A stretch of 64,000 bases of DNA from Bacteroidota bacterium (GCA_020161835.1 JAIUNL010000015.1:707-64706); one strand, 5' to 3'; counted from the stretch's first letter, positions 10,165 to 19,125 are shown. Made by a program: numbers and translations. The notes: a model not told the origin generated them from the letters alone.

Positions 10165-11361
10165 TCATACAAACATCTTTTCCAGACAGGCCTTTTTGAT
10201 GGCCTTTAGTTTTTCTAGTTCTTGCAAATGAAGTGTAATAATGGTTTCGTGATTTTGAAAATATCCTGCTATTTTTTCTTGCTCTTCTTTCTTTGGAAGT
10301 TTAAAAGGGGTAGCTTTTGCTTGCTCAATTGTATAATGTGAGATTGTTCCAATATGAGTAATGCTATTTACATAATTTCTGAAAGTTGAAGTTGAAAAAA
10401 AAGTATATAAAAAAGAACCGTTAATTTCTTCGGTATTTTTTAACCATAGCAAATCTCCATCTTTGAAGTATAAAGGCTCATTAGTCTTAACCAAAAAAGG
10501 AATCCCAATTGAACCACCACCAGTAACCAGAAGGTCATTTTTTTGAACGGAACCAGACTTTTTCAATAACTCTTCATATAAATTCTGAGAGATATATGCT
10601 TTTTTATTATCTGAGCCATAATATGCAGAAATAACATCACTCGTCCTAAAAAATGGTACTCCAGAATCTGTCCATTCATTCTTATGAACACGAGAAGCTG
10701 ATGAAATTTCCATTACCTCCCCCAACTTCCGTTCTTCCCACTTGCCCGTAAACTCTTTAAAACGAATTTCAGGCACATCTGAACCCGATTTGGGAAACAT
10801 TTTTTCGAGCATGGCCGTATTTAAAGTGGTCAGCTTGTCGTATTTGCGCTGATGCAGAGTGATGAGAATGTCAAGCTGGTTGAAATATTCTCCAATTTTT
10901 TCTTGTTCAAAAATATTTAAAGGCGCTAAAAGCTCAAGCTTCATCATTGTTTCTGCATTGAGTTTTGCACGCCCCCCACCTACCAAAAAAGGTTCAATTT
11001 GGGTTTGAGAAATAACATATTTAAGATATTTATTTTTAGCGATATCCTGTTTTGCCTGAAGAACATGAGCATGGTTATTTACCCATATTTTTCCATTTAC
11101 GAACTGTACAGGATAATCTTTCAAATCGTTTGCACCGTCTTCGGCAACGAGAATAAATTCTCCATCATGGGTAAAACCTTCAACATAATCCTGAATACCA
11201 TTTGCACCATAGTAAGGTGTGTCACCCGGTATCCTTTCAGAAGCAGTTATAGGGACTCTCAAATTGTCATATCTATCAGCAATATCTTTTAATTCAAACT
11301 TATCCCAATCCTCATTAAATCCTTTAAACCGAATATCCGGTTTAGTTTTTCCCTCAGTCAT
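10165..11361 (-). CDS. hsdS: Type I restriction-modification specificity subunit (HsdS), two target-recognition domains.
   Basis: 398 aa with duplicated TRD architecture and conserved central and C-terminal spacer repeats. It overlaps the hsdM stop by 8 bp. Confidence 0.85.
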   Translation of the reverse strand: MTEGKTKPDIRFKGFNEDWDKFELKDIADRYDNLRVPITASERIPGDTPYYGANGIQDYVEGFTHDGEFILVAEDGANDLKDYPVQFVNGKIWVNNHAHVLQAKQDIAKNKYLKYVISQTQIEPFLVGGGRAKLNAETMMKLELLAPLNIFEQEKIGEYFNQLDILITLHQRKYDKLTTLNTAMLEKMFPKSGSDVPEIRFKEFTGKWEERKLGEVMEISSASRVHKNEWTDSGVPFFRTSDVISAYYGSDNKKAYISQNLYEELLKKSGSVQKNDLLVTGGGSIGIPFLVKTNEPLYFKDGDLLWLKNTEEINGSFLYTFFSTSTFRNYVNSITHIGTISHYTIEQAKATPFKLPKKEEQEKIAGYFQNHETIITLHLQELEKLKAIKKACLEKMFV

Positions 11362-13939
11362 TGTTGTTCCCTTTTAACAGCAACTGAAATTCAGCAAGTC
11401 CTTTCAGGTCGTGTTCATTGCCCGTAAGGTCATCAATCAGGGAAGCTAACGTTTTTTCCGTTTCGTGAATCTGCTCCATCACGTCTTTGTAAGTGGTGGC
11501 ATATTTCAAAGCAAGGGTTTGTACTTTGGCAGCGAGTTCAGTTATGACTGTTTCAGGCAGTTTATGCAGGGAACTCAGGAGCGGGGTTATCCATTTTAAT
11601 TCCAGTAAGTGGTGCACCTGGTCATCGGTAAGCGCTTCAATGGTTTCTTTGGTGAGGTTATGCAGTTTCGTCGCTTCGGTTCTGAGCCGGGCTTTCAAAT
11701 CTTTCTCCTCGGAAATCAGTTCTGCGAGTTTCAGAATTTTTGCTTCCAGAGTTTCTTCTGCAAACACTTCATTCTTCTTCAGGCTGGCCTGTATCTGTTT
11801 TGCTTCTTTGGTAATGGCAGAGGATACAAAGCTGTCACCGGCTTCGTTGGTTAGTTCGCTTTCTTTTTCTTCTTCCGTCAGGGTTTCCATTATTTCATCG
11901 TAACCGGCACTAATTTCTGCCAGCCGGTTTTCCATTGTTTTCAGATTCTGGTATTCTGTGTTGAGGTAAGTTTTTTGCACGAGTTCAAAGGGAAGCACAC
12001 GCCCGGTCCATCCGTCCTGTACTTCCTGCGAAGTGTTTCCTACGGTCTTCTTCAACACCAGGTTCGGGTCTACTTTTCGGGTGGTTTCAAATCCTTCGGT
12101 TTGTATGATTTCCAGATCACCGGCTATTTTTATCCATTCATCATCAAGAAGCTGAAATGCCCCGTATTTATCAATCAATGAAAAGGATTTGAGCCGGTTA
12201 AAAATTTCATTGCTCAGAATGGTTTCTTCTTTTGATAGAGTCACTGACAGCATATTTTTAAGCAAGTCATTCCGTAGTGTGCCGTCAAAACCAGCGAAGG
12301 CGGTTTTAAATTTGCCTGAAAAGGTTTGTACACTTTTATGTTCCCTGATGGCCGCCTTTACATCAGTTACTTTCAAACCGACATACGGTGAACCGTTATT
12401 CAGAAACAATGCCTCACGCAAACCCGGCAGCGCATTCCAGTAGAGCGACAACCCGTCAATTTCCTTTTTTGGTATTCCGCCAAACATCGAGGCATAAAGA
12501 TCCCAGCTTTCGGCCTTTTCAGACGAATCGACATACCGGGGAATGTTCAGGTTATAGTCGTTTGACCGTATTTCTTCCCGGCTTACCACTTTCGAAAAGT
12601 TGGGAACTGGGTAACGGCCAACCACAGTATCGGCAATCCGTTTAATGTCAGAAGCCCTGAGCTGGTTGTTTTTTCCAACTTTCGTGAATCCTTTCGAGGC
12701 ATCAACAATCAGCACATCGGTGTTTGTCCGTTTTTGCTTCAGCACCATGATAATGGTTGGGATTCCTGTACCAAAGAAAATATTGCCCGGAAGCCCGATG
12801 ATAGTATCAATGTGATTACATTCAATCAGGTTTTTACGGATGGCTCCTTCTTCACCCCCACGGAACAACACCCCGTGTGGCAGCACGATGGTCATAATGC
12901 CATCGGGTTTAACGTGGTAGAGATCGTGAAGCAGAAAAGCATAATCGGCTTTGGTTTTAGGTGCCAGACCAAAACGGGCATAACGGGGGTCGGTTTCTTT
13001 ATTGGCAGAATCCCATTTCTGTGAATAAGGCGGATTTGAAACCACGGCATCAACATAAAGCGGATTGTAGGTATTAACCGGGTCGTTTTCTTCGAAATAG
13101 GGCCAGTCATCCTCAAGTGTATCGGCGTTGCGGGTGAAAATATTATCAGCCAGAATTCCACGCATCACCAGGTTCATCCGGGTAAGGTTGTAGGTATTCT
13201 CCTTCAATTCCTGAGCATAGTACATGATACTGTTATCGTTGGCGAAGTGCCTGGCTACACTTCGGCCAATATTGATCAACAAGGATCCGGACCCACTTGT
13301 CGGATCATAAATTTTGATTTCTGTTCTGTCTTTTAAATGATTGGCCACAATTTCTGACATCAGCACAGAAACTTCGTGGGGGGTGTAAAACTCACCGGCT
13401 TTTTTACCGGCATTTGCTGCAAACATTCCGATGAGGTATTCATAGATAAATCCCAATACATCATAATCCTGTTGCCCATCCATCGGAATATCTTTAATGA
13501 GATGGATCAGCTGACTGATGGCCTTTGTCTGGGCACCTGAACTATCACCCAGTTTACTCAATCCGGTTTCGAGGGTGTTAAATATTTTCTCAAACAGTTT
13601 TTTATGTTTCGGGTAGATTGAACGGTTGAAAGCAGAAAGGGCATCACGGACGTTAGACACATCAAAGTCATTCCCCATGCTAATCCAGGTCGAAAACAAA
13701 TCCTTATGGGCAATAAAAAAACCAATATTGCTTTTGAAATATTCCGCATCACCATCAGAAAGAGTGATTAAATCGTTTTCTGTAAAATCTTCCCTTTTGG
13801 CAAATTTGATTTCCTGCTCAGACAGGTACTTATAGAAGATAAACCCCAGTATGTAATCTTTGTATTCATTTGCTTCAATTTTCGACCGCATCTGGTTGGC
13901 AGATTCCCAGATTTTTGCAGCCAATTGCTGTTTGTTCAT
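11354..13939 (-). CDS. hsdM: Type I restriction-modification N6-adenine DNA methyltransferase (HsdM), long form with a C-terminal coiled-coil extension.
   Basis: HsdM N-terminal domain. SAM-binding region. NPPY catalytic motif (VVSNPPYSQKWD). About 300 extra C-terminal residues rich in E/K/L heptad-like sequence. Confidence 0.9.
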   Translation of the reverse strand: MNKQQLAAKIWESANQMRSKIEANEYKDYILGFIFYKYLSEQEIKFAKREDFTENDLITLSDGDAEYFKSNIGFFIAHKDLFSTWISMGNDFDVSNVRDALSAFNRSIYPKHKKLFEKIFNTLETGLSKLGDSSGAQTKAISQLIHLIKDIPMDGQQDYDVLGFIYEYLIGMFAANAGKKAGEFYTPHEVSVLMSEIVANHLKDRTEIKIYDPTSGSGSLLINIGRSVARHFANDNSIMYYAQELKENTYNLTRMNLVMRGILADNIFTRNADTLEDDWPYFEENDPVNTYNPLYVDAVVSNPPYSQKWDSANKETDPRYARFGLAPKTKADYAFLLHDLYHVKPDGIMTIVLPHGVLFRGGEEGAIRKNLIECNHIDTIIGLPGNIFFGTGIPTIIMVLKQKRTNTDVLIVDASKGFTKVGKNNQLRASDIKRIADTVVGRYPVPNFSKVVSREEIRSNDYNLNIPRYVDSSEKAESWDLYASMFGGIPKKEIDGLSLYWNALPGLREALFLNNGSPYVGLKVTDVKAAIREHKSVQTFSGKFKTAFAGFDGTLRNDLLKNMLSVTLSKEETILSNEIFNRLKSFSLIDKYGAFQLLDDEWIKIAGDLEIIQTEGFETTRKVDPNLVLKKTVGNTSQEVQDGWTGRVLPFELVQKTYLNTEYQNLKTMENRLAEISAGYDEIMETLTEEEKESELTNEAGDSFVSSAITKEAKQIQASLKKNEVFAEETLEAKILKLAELISEEKDLKARLRTEATKLHNLTKETIEALTDDQVHHLLELKWITPLLSSLHKLPETVITELAAKVQTLALKYATTYKDVMEQIHETEKTLASLIDDLTGNEHDLKGLAEFQLLLKGNNND

Positions 13940-14182
13940 ACGTGTGCTTTTGGGTCTTATTAAATTGAATGTGGTCTATTAAAGGTTTTCAAGATAGTAA
14001 TATTGTACTATAAAAATTGCGGTAAGCTGGCAAAAAACAGCATTTTGTCAATCTTTGGCCGGAAAAAGTAGTTTAGGTTCCATTTTACAATTCAACAGGA
14101 AACCTTTTGAACTTAAACCTCATTGTTTCCGCAAAGAAATGACAGAAGTAATTTTCGTATATTTGCAATCAGAGGTGATAAC

Positions 14183-14677
14183 ATGGAAAATATACTTTTC
14201 CTTTCCTACAATAAAGATTCTGACATGGGTCAGCATTCAGCACTAAGGCTTCAAACTATAGCCGGGCTTTACGGCTTTTCAGTTGTTTTACCTTTACGCC
14301 GTCCCAATTCAAGTGCAATTAACCAGGAAACAAAAACCCGGATTGATTCTGCTGACATGGTCGCAATCTTTGCTCTTGAAGGGGTTTCTAAAGGCGTGAA
14401 TGAAGAAATTGTTTATGCCTCACAGAAAAATAAGCCGGTTATTGTTTTGTTCCAAAAAGGGATGCCCCAGAGTGGCTTCCCCAAAAATGACAATATCAGA
14501 GCCGTAGAGGTAGATTTTAATTCGATTGACAAAGCCTCATATGAAGTTGCAGAATTTCTGAAAGGTCAGTTTTCGGCCCGTACAAAAAAAGGTAAAGAAA
14601 CTGCCGGTTCCGGTTCCGCTCTCATTCTTTTGGGGTTGGGACTTTTAGCTGCATGGGCATTGACTAAAGATAAATGA
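14183..14677 (+). CDS. TIR-like (DUF1863/ThsB-like fold) protein with a C-terminal transmembrane helix.
   Basis: The ORF track begins at 14123, but the ATG at 14183 is preceded by GAGGTGA, and a -7 TAtaTTTG box lies just upstream. The N-terminus ENILFLSYNKDSD resembles TIR beta-A (VFISYSHKD / FFSFHYQD). The C-terminus SALILLGLGLLAAWAL is hydrophobic. Confidence 0.4.
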   Translation: MENILFLSYNKDSDMGQHSALRLQTIAGLYGFSVVLPLRRPNSSAINQETKTRIDSADMVAIFALEGVSKGVNEEIVYASQKNKPVIVLFQKGMPQSGFPKNDNIRAVEVDFNSIDKASYEVAEFLKGQFSARTKKGKETAGSGSALILLGLGLLAAWALTKDK

Positions 14678-15204
14678 GGAAACCAACAGCTATCATTGAT
14701 ACTTCAGTTCTGCTTTGTCTTTTCCGTCTTAATATTCTTGATAAACTGAATCTTTTATTCTCTGAAATCCGAGTTCCAAGAAAAGTTGAATCAGAATTTC
14801 TTTTCCGTACTGATCCGACAGAAGCAAGTGCCAGATTCAAGTTTATTACCAGCTTTTATGAAAGTCACCGGAGATGGTTTATTCAATGTAATGAATACGA
14901 TTCTGCAACGGTTGAAATTTATGTCAAGATTGAAAAACTTGATCCGGGTGAATCTGAAGTTTTTGCACAAAACCAGTATCTTGATAATACCCATACACTT
15001 TTGATTGATGAAAAAAAAGCCCGGAAAGTAGCCTTTAAAAAACAAGCAACCGTTCATGGCTTTTTATTTATTCTGGCGTCACTTGATATTAAATACGGTA
15101 TCTGTGATTATCAAAAAGGCATCACCATACTTCAAAAAGAAGGGTTAGGCCATTTTCCCGAAACCCTTGTTAAATCGGTTTACCAGTACGTAAAGGATAA
15201 CTGA
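14674..15204 (+). CDS. DUF3368-family PIN-like nuclease (toxin-like).
   Basis: The N-terminus AIIDTSVLLCLFRLNILDKLNLLFSEIRVPRKVESEF matches the DUF3368 PIN signature (ViDtS.li.L.kig.ldlL..ly.ei.iP..V..E). The ATGA start overlaps the upstream stop. Confidence 0.55.
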   Translation: MRKPTAIIDTSVLLCLFRLNILDKLNLLFSEIRVPRKVESEFLFRTDPTEASARFKFITSFYESHRRWFIQCNEYDSATVEIYVKIEKLDPGESEVFAQNQYLDNTHTLLIDEKKARKVAFKKQATVHGFLFILASLDIKYGICDYQKGITILQKEGLGHFPETLVKSVYQYVKDN

Positions 15205-15464
15205 TTTCTTCCGACCTAATAAATTATCTACAAAATCAGTTGGAATCAACCATTTGGTGATGATAGGTTATCCAAAACCAAATAACTTTCTTAACTTTTT
15301 TCGGTTTATAGTATATTTCGTATATTTGAATTGGTGTTTGAAAAAGCACCTACAAACCTGCCATCAACAATGCCGGAAAACCCAACTTTACCTATGTGAA
15401 GCGGTGCCGGTTCGGGCGGGTTTTTTTTTGCTTTTTTTTGTAGCCTTTTCTTACCTTTGCTATT

Positions 15465-15565
15465 GCTCTTCCTACCTGAACGGGGGCTTTGTGTCGGCGT
15501 GTCTGAGGTAGCAGACTCCATTGCCGTAATCTGAAATAACAAATGCCCCTGAGCCTCATTTTTTT
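15465..15565 (+). ncRNA. Candidate structured small RNA, repeat family A, copy 1. It has its own promoter and terminator.
   Basis: Upstream -33 TTTG, a 20-nt spacer, then -7 TAccTTTG at 15452-15459. Hairpin GTCTG-AGGTAG-CAGAC at 15501-15516. Its loop is complementary to the upstream CTACCT at 15472-15477. An outer stem GGGGGCTTTG / CAAATGCCCC encloses both. A T8 run follows. Confidence 0.5.
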
Positions 15566-15566
15566 T

Positions 15567-15640
15567 GTGTGGGGGAAACGCTCAGGGCGATGAGTGCGGG
15601 GGTTCCACTGGAACGTATTGACACGCCCCCACCGCTTTTT
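15567..15640 (+). ncRNA. Structured repeat family B, copy 1. Terminator- or attenuator-like.
   Basis: GTGGGGG ... CCCCCAC stem followed by CGCTTTTT. A second internal G-run (GCGGGGG) offers alternative pairing with the same C-run. A near-identical copy lies at 16815-16887. Confidence 0.4.
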
Positions 15641-15751
15641 CTGATATACATTGTTTTGGCTACAAGTTCCTTCTTCTCCGGTTCACAAGTCCTCAACTTA
15701 AGACATGTTTGTCTTTGCTTTTTTTCGTGCTGGTTTCTTACCTTTGCCGTT

Positions 15752-15865
15752 GCTCTTCCCAACTGAACGGGGGCTTTGCGTCGGCGTGTCTGAGTTGGCA
15801 GACTCCAGTGCCGTGGACTTAAACAGCAAATGCCCCTGAGCAAATTATTCGGTATTTTAATTTTT
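15752..15865 (+). ncRNA. Candidate structured small RNA, repeat family A, copy 2.
   Basis: Same promoter boxes (TTTG, a 21-nt spacer, then TAccTTTG at 15739-15746). Same hairpin and outer stem. Upstream CCAACT pairs with hairpin loop AGTTGG. Relative to copy 1 these are compensatory substitutions. Confidence 0.5.
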
Positions 15866-15912
15866 CCCCTCCTTTTATTCAATTTAAAGAATGAACCGCT
15901 TTATCCAGGTAT

Positions 15913-16281
15913 ATGATGGCACCCCAAACACAAATAACGGTAACGCCAGGATGGACCTTCCCGGTTTCAATCATTTCTTACACGAGTGAAGGAAATTCTT
16001 TTTTTTATTGTCCGGAACTGAATTTGATTGGTTATGGGGCGTCTGAACAGGAGGCTCAAAAGTCCTTTCAAATTTCAAAAAGGGAATTCTTTAGGTTTTT
16101 AAAGACGAATCCTTCCTTTTTTCTTGAATTAAAAAAACTGGGTTGGACGGGGTCTGAGAATTCGAAAAAAATGTGCCCGCCATCATGGGCATTTCTTTTA
16201 GAAAATGATGAGATCATCAGGGAAGTGGTGGCAATCAATAATTTCTCAAAGAAACAAGTCAAAATGAGAATTACAACGTGA
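15913..16281 (+). CDS. HicB-like (UPF0150) antitoxin-fold protein.
   Basis: FPVSIISYTSEGNSFFYCPELNLIGYGASEQEAQKSF matches the HicB N-terminal pattern (EDGGY.v.vPdLPGC.s.GdT.EEA..n..EAI). Confidence 0.4.
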   Translation: MMAPQTQITVTPGWTFPVSIISYTSEGNSFFYCPELNLIGYGASEQEAQKSFQISKREFFRFLKTNPSFFLELKKLGWTGSENSKKMCPPSWAFLLENDEIIREVVAINNFSKKQVKMRITT

Positions 16282-16284
16282 TAT

Positions 16285-16458
16285 GGCTTTAAAATCACAA
16301 CAGTCCGAACTTAATTTGTCTGAAAAACGACTTGTAGGATTTCAAAGCCGAAAGACCTGGAAAAAACAGCATCACAGGAAATTACGTCGAATGATGAAAC
16401 AAAATCAGGAGTTTGTTCCTCACTACAACCGTTATTTTCATGGTTTAATACTCTAACA
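16285..16458 (+). CDS. Possible small basic protein (57 aa), directly downstream of the HicB-like gene.
   Basis: ATG 4 bp after the upstream stop. Translation: MALKSQQSELNLSEKRLVGFQSRKTWKKQHHRKLRRMMKQNQEFVPHYNRYFHGLIL. Too short for the ORF track. No motif recognised. Confidence 0.2.
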
Positions 16459-16814
16459 ACAGATATTATATCTTACAGCATAAAATTCCTGGTTTACCCA
16501 GTTTTGAATTTGGTTTGTCTTGGCTTTTAAATTATAAATTGAAAAGTCAGATACCAGATTGGGTAAATTTTGGGTTATACTTCTGGATACATTTTCATCT
16601 TTATGCATCAAATATTCCTTCCGTCCCGGCATGGATACGCCGGATAGCGGTAAAGGGAAGTTGGGAAAGTCTGGGGCTTAAACCCCAGACAACCAACTGA
16701 AGCTGACTCAAAAAGTATAAAAACTGGAACCCATTTTTCAGGTCAGGGCTTTGTCTTTTGGCGGCCTAAGATTGACAGTTTTCATTTTTTCTTCGGTTCT
16801 GATATTTTTGTTTT

Positions 16815-16887
16815 GTGTGGGGGAAACGCTCTGGGCGTTGCGTGCAGGGTTTCCAATGGAAGGCATTGACACGCCCCCACCGTTTTT
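16815..16887 (+). ncRNA. Structured repeat family B, copy 2, about 80 nt upstream of ORF 16969..17280.
   Basis: Near-identical to 15567-15640, with the same G-run/C-run stem and T-run. Confidence 0.4.
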
Positions 16888-16968
16888 AATTCTTGAGTCC
16901 GGGTTACAATTCAATTTTATTTATCCTAACCATTCAAAAAAGAAATTACAATTTTCTGCGTTCATTTT

Positions 16969-17280
16969 ATGGTAATCCAAAAAGCTACCTACTTTCATGA
17001 AGATATAATTCCAACTCTGATTCTGGAGACAGATCTGGGTGAAGTTGTTATTGATCCAACCAGCATTAAAATCGAACTGCTTGAACAGGATCTCATTTAC
17101 GTTGGGTACCCAGATCAACTTCCTGTTTTGACTTTTACCTGGGAAGACAAAAAAGGTAAGCAGGTGGTAAAGGTGCCAGGTTATACAAATGATGAACTGG
17201 TTTTAAAACTGGTAAGACAGTTTCTGAGTGATTGGGATCTTGACATTTTGAAAAACGGCCAGGTTATCTATCCTGTATAA
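16969..17280 (+). CDS. Hypothetical protein (103 aa).
   Basis: ORF preceded by a family B repeat. No motif. Confidence 0.3.
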   Translation: MVIQKATYFHEDIIPTLILETDLGEVVIDPTSIKIELLEQDLIYVGYPDQLPVLTFTWEDKKGKQVVKVPGYTNDELVLKLVRQFLSDWDLDILKNGQVIYPV

Positions 17281-18039
17281 AAACATGTCATTCAGGGAAG
17301 GCTCCCCGACTTCCACGCGAACCTCATTTTCATGAGTCCTACGGCTGGGAGATTCACCGTGTTTCTGAATGACACTTTTCTAAAATACGGTAGTTGGTTT
17401 ATTATTTCAACTGAGTTTAGAGCAACCGTTGTGTTGTTCAACCTTTTCTTTCCTGAGTGCACTTGCCATTATTATACCCGGCGTTTAATTTTGAATAAAA
17501 AGAAGGCTGAATGGCTTCCTGTTACCTGGTTGATAATGGGGACAACAGTGAAATCAGGATGCCTTTTTCTGTTTTTATCAGCTTTCAGGTAAAAGTCCCG
17601 AACTCATTTTTGGTTTATGATATGCAATAATTTCTGAAACCCATCATTAACATCAAAAAGGAAAAGTGACTTGTTGAAGGTTGTAAATTCAGACAAACAA
17701 TTGCCAGTTTAAGTTTTGATGCCTAATTTTATCCTGAAACGGGAAACTTTTCAATCTGCCCTGACCTTGGTACGACAGCCTGCATTGAAGAAAAGTGTCC
17801 CGTTTTGCTTTTTATTCAGTACCAGACATAGGCTCGACACATTCATTGCTGTTTGCAATGTCCGCTAAACTCATCCATCTTTAAATTCAGGAAAAGGGTT
17901 CTGTTTTTTAAAATCCTCCTTTGTAATCGAGAGTAGTAGAAAATCAGGTTCACCCTTTTCCGCCTATTTGCCAGGTGCCATTAACCATTCTTGCTTCATT
18001 TATCACCCAGGTTCATTAACTTGTCGATCTAATCACAAT

Positions 18040-18131
18040 ATTTTACTTATAAGTAAATCATTTCTTTACGATATTTGCTAATTGCATAAAATTATACCGA
18101 CATTTGTAGTATCATTTCACTTTTAAGTGAA
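18040..18131. promoter_or_regulatory. Two perfect palindromes upstream of the HigB/HigA-like pair. Probable operator sites.
   Basis: TTACTTATAAGTAA (14 bp, at about 18041-18054) and TTCACTTTTAAGTGAA (16 bp, at about 18116-18131), within 140 bp upstream of 18179. Confidence 0.4.
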
Positions 18132-18178
18132 TCATAATCTCGAAATAGGCGTTTTCACTAAACCATTCTTTAAACCAT

Positions 18179-18673
18179 TTGAACTACGAAATAGTCGAAT
18201 TACAGCCATTCAGTGGGAGTGAGGCAAAGATTTACTCCCTTATTCCAAAGGGAGAAGATGAAACCTTGTTCGAGAAGTTCGTGGTGGAGTACAAGGCCGG
18301 ATTTAAAAATGAAGTAAAAGATATAATCAAAACCATTTATCAGATTGGTCATACAACAGGAGCAAGAAGTTCGTTCTTTAAGCAACATGAAGGGAAGTAT
18401 GGTGACTTCGTTTGTGCCTTGTTTGATGTACCGGAAAAGAATTTGAGAGTGTATTGTATCCGGTTCGGAATGGTGGCTGTTATTCTCGGTGGTGGTGGAG
18501 AAAAAGCAGAGGGTGTCAGAGCATGGCAGGATGATGAAAAGTTATCAAAAGAAGCAAATCAAATGATTGACTATGCAAAGGATATTTTGAAGCGACTTGA
18601 TGACGGTGATTTGTATTGGTCAAAAGATAAAACAGAGTTAGAAGGAAATTTAAAAAATTACGATGATGAATAA
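18179..18673 (+). CDS. HigB-like toxin of the Gp49/DUF891 family (RelE/ParE superfamily).
   Basis: NLRVYCIRFGMVAVILGGGGEKAEG...I..A resembles the Gp49 motif (RV.Y.......VLLHGF.KK.QK.P..EI..A). It is followed, with an overlap, by an XRE-type HTH gene. Confidence 0.45.
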   Translation: MNYEIVELQPFSGSEAKIYSLIPKGEDETLFEKFVVEYKAGFKNEVKDIIKTIYQIGHTTGARSSFFKQHEGKYGDFVCALFDVPEKNLRVYCIRFGMVAVILGGGGEKAEGVRAWQDDEKLSKEANQMIDYAKDILKRLDDGDLYWSKDKTELEGNLKNYDDE

Positions 18674-19124
18674 GCCAACAAAAGCGAGAAAATATAATAG
18701 TTCAATACTCAATGAACTATTGGACGAAATTACACCATTGGAAATGGAACAAACAAAAGTGAAAATGCAACTTGCTGCTTCTATTGAAGATTATATGAAT
18801 GCAAAAGGTTGGAATAAGTCGCAGTTTGCTGAAAAGGTTGGGAAAAATCCGTCCGAAATTACAAAATGGTTTAGCGGCACACAAAATTTCACCATTGATG
18901 TGTTGACTGAAATTGCTTCTGCACTTGGGGTTGAGCTACCTGCCTTATTTGGCAAAAAGCAAGTCCAGATGATTTATCGAAAAGAAATTGTCGTTAAAGC
19001 TGCCGCCCCCCAACCAACTATTTTTATGACAACACCTATGTCACATGGCATAGATGTCTATGGGTATAATCTATTTGCAATTCAAGGGAACAAAACAGCA
19101 CTCACAAAAAATTACCAGGCATAA
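18663..19124 (+). CDS. HTH XRE-family antitoxin-like protein (HigA-like).
   Basis: HTH_XRE segment GWNKSQFAEKVGKNPSEITKWFSGTQNFTIDVLTEIASALGVEL. It overlaps the upstream toxin-like gene by 11 bp. Confidence 0.55.
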   Translation: MMNKPTKARKYNSSILNELLDEITPLEMEQTKVKMQLAASIEDYMNAKGWNKSQFAEKVGKNPSEITKWFSGTQNFTIDVLTEIASALGVELPALFGKKQVQMIYRKEIVVKAAAPQPTIFMTTPMSHGIDVYGYNLFAIQGNKTALTKNYQA

Positions 19125-19125
19125 A

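Noticed and set aside
11493-13161. Plus-strand ORFs inside hsdM (11493..11903, 12734..13024 and others).
   Set aside because: They are embedded antisense in a well-supported methyltransferase gene.
15430-15870. Considered whether the repeated 110-bp elements form a CRISPR array.
   Set aside because: There are only two copies. The units are 110 bp long with internal promoter boxes and a terminator. No short regular spacers and no cas genes are present.
14000-17300. Considered an integron cassette array: small ORFs separated by structured repeats that could be attC sites.
   Set aside because: There is no intI integrase. The repeats lack the R''/R' core sites (RYYYAAC / GTTRRRY). They carry their own promoters, so they look like RNA genes rather than recombination sites.
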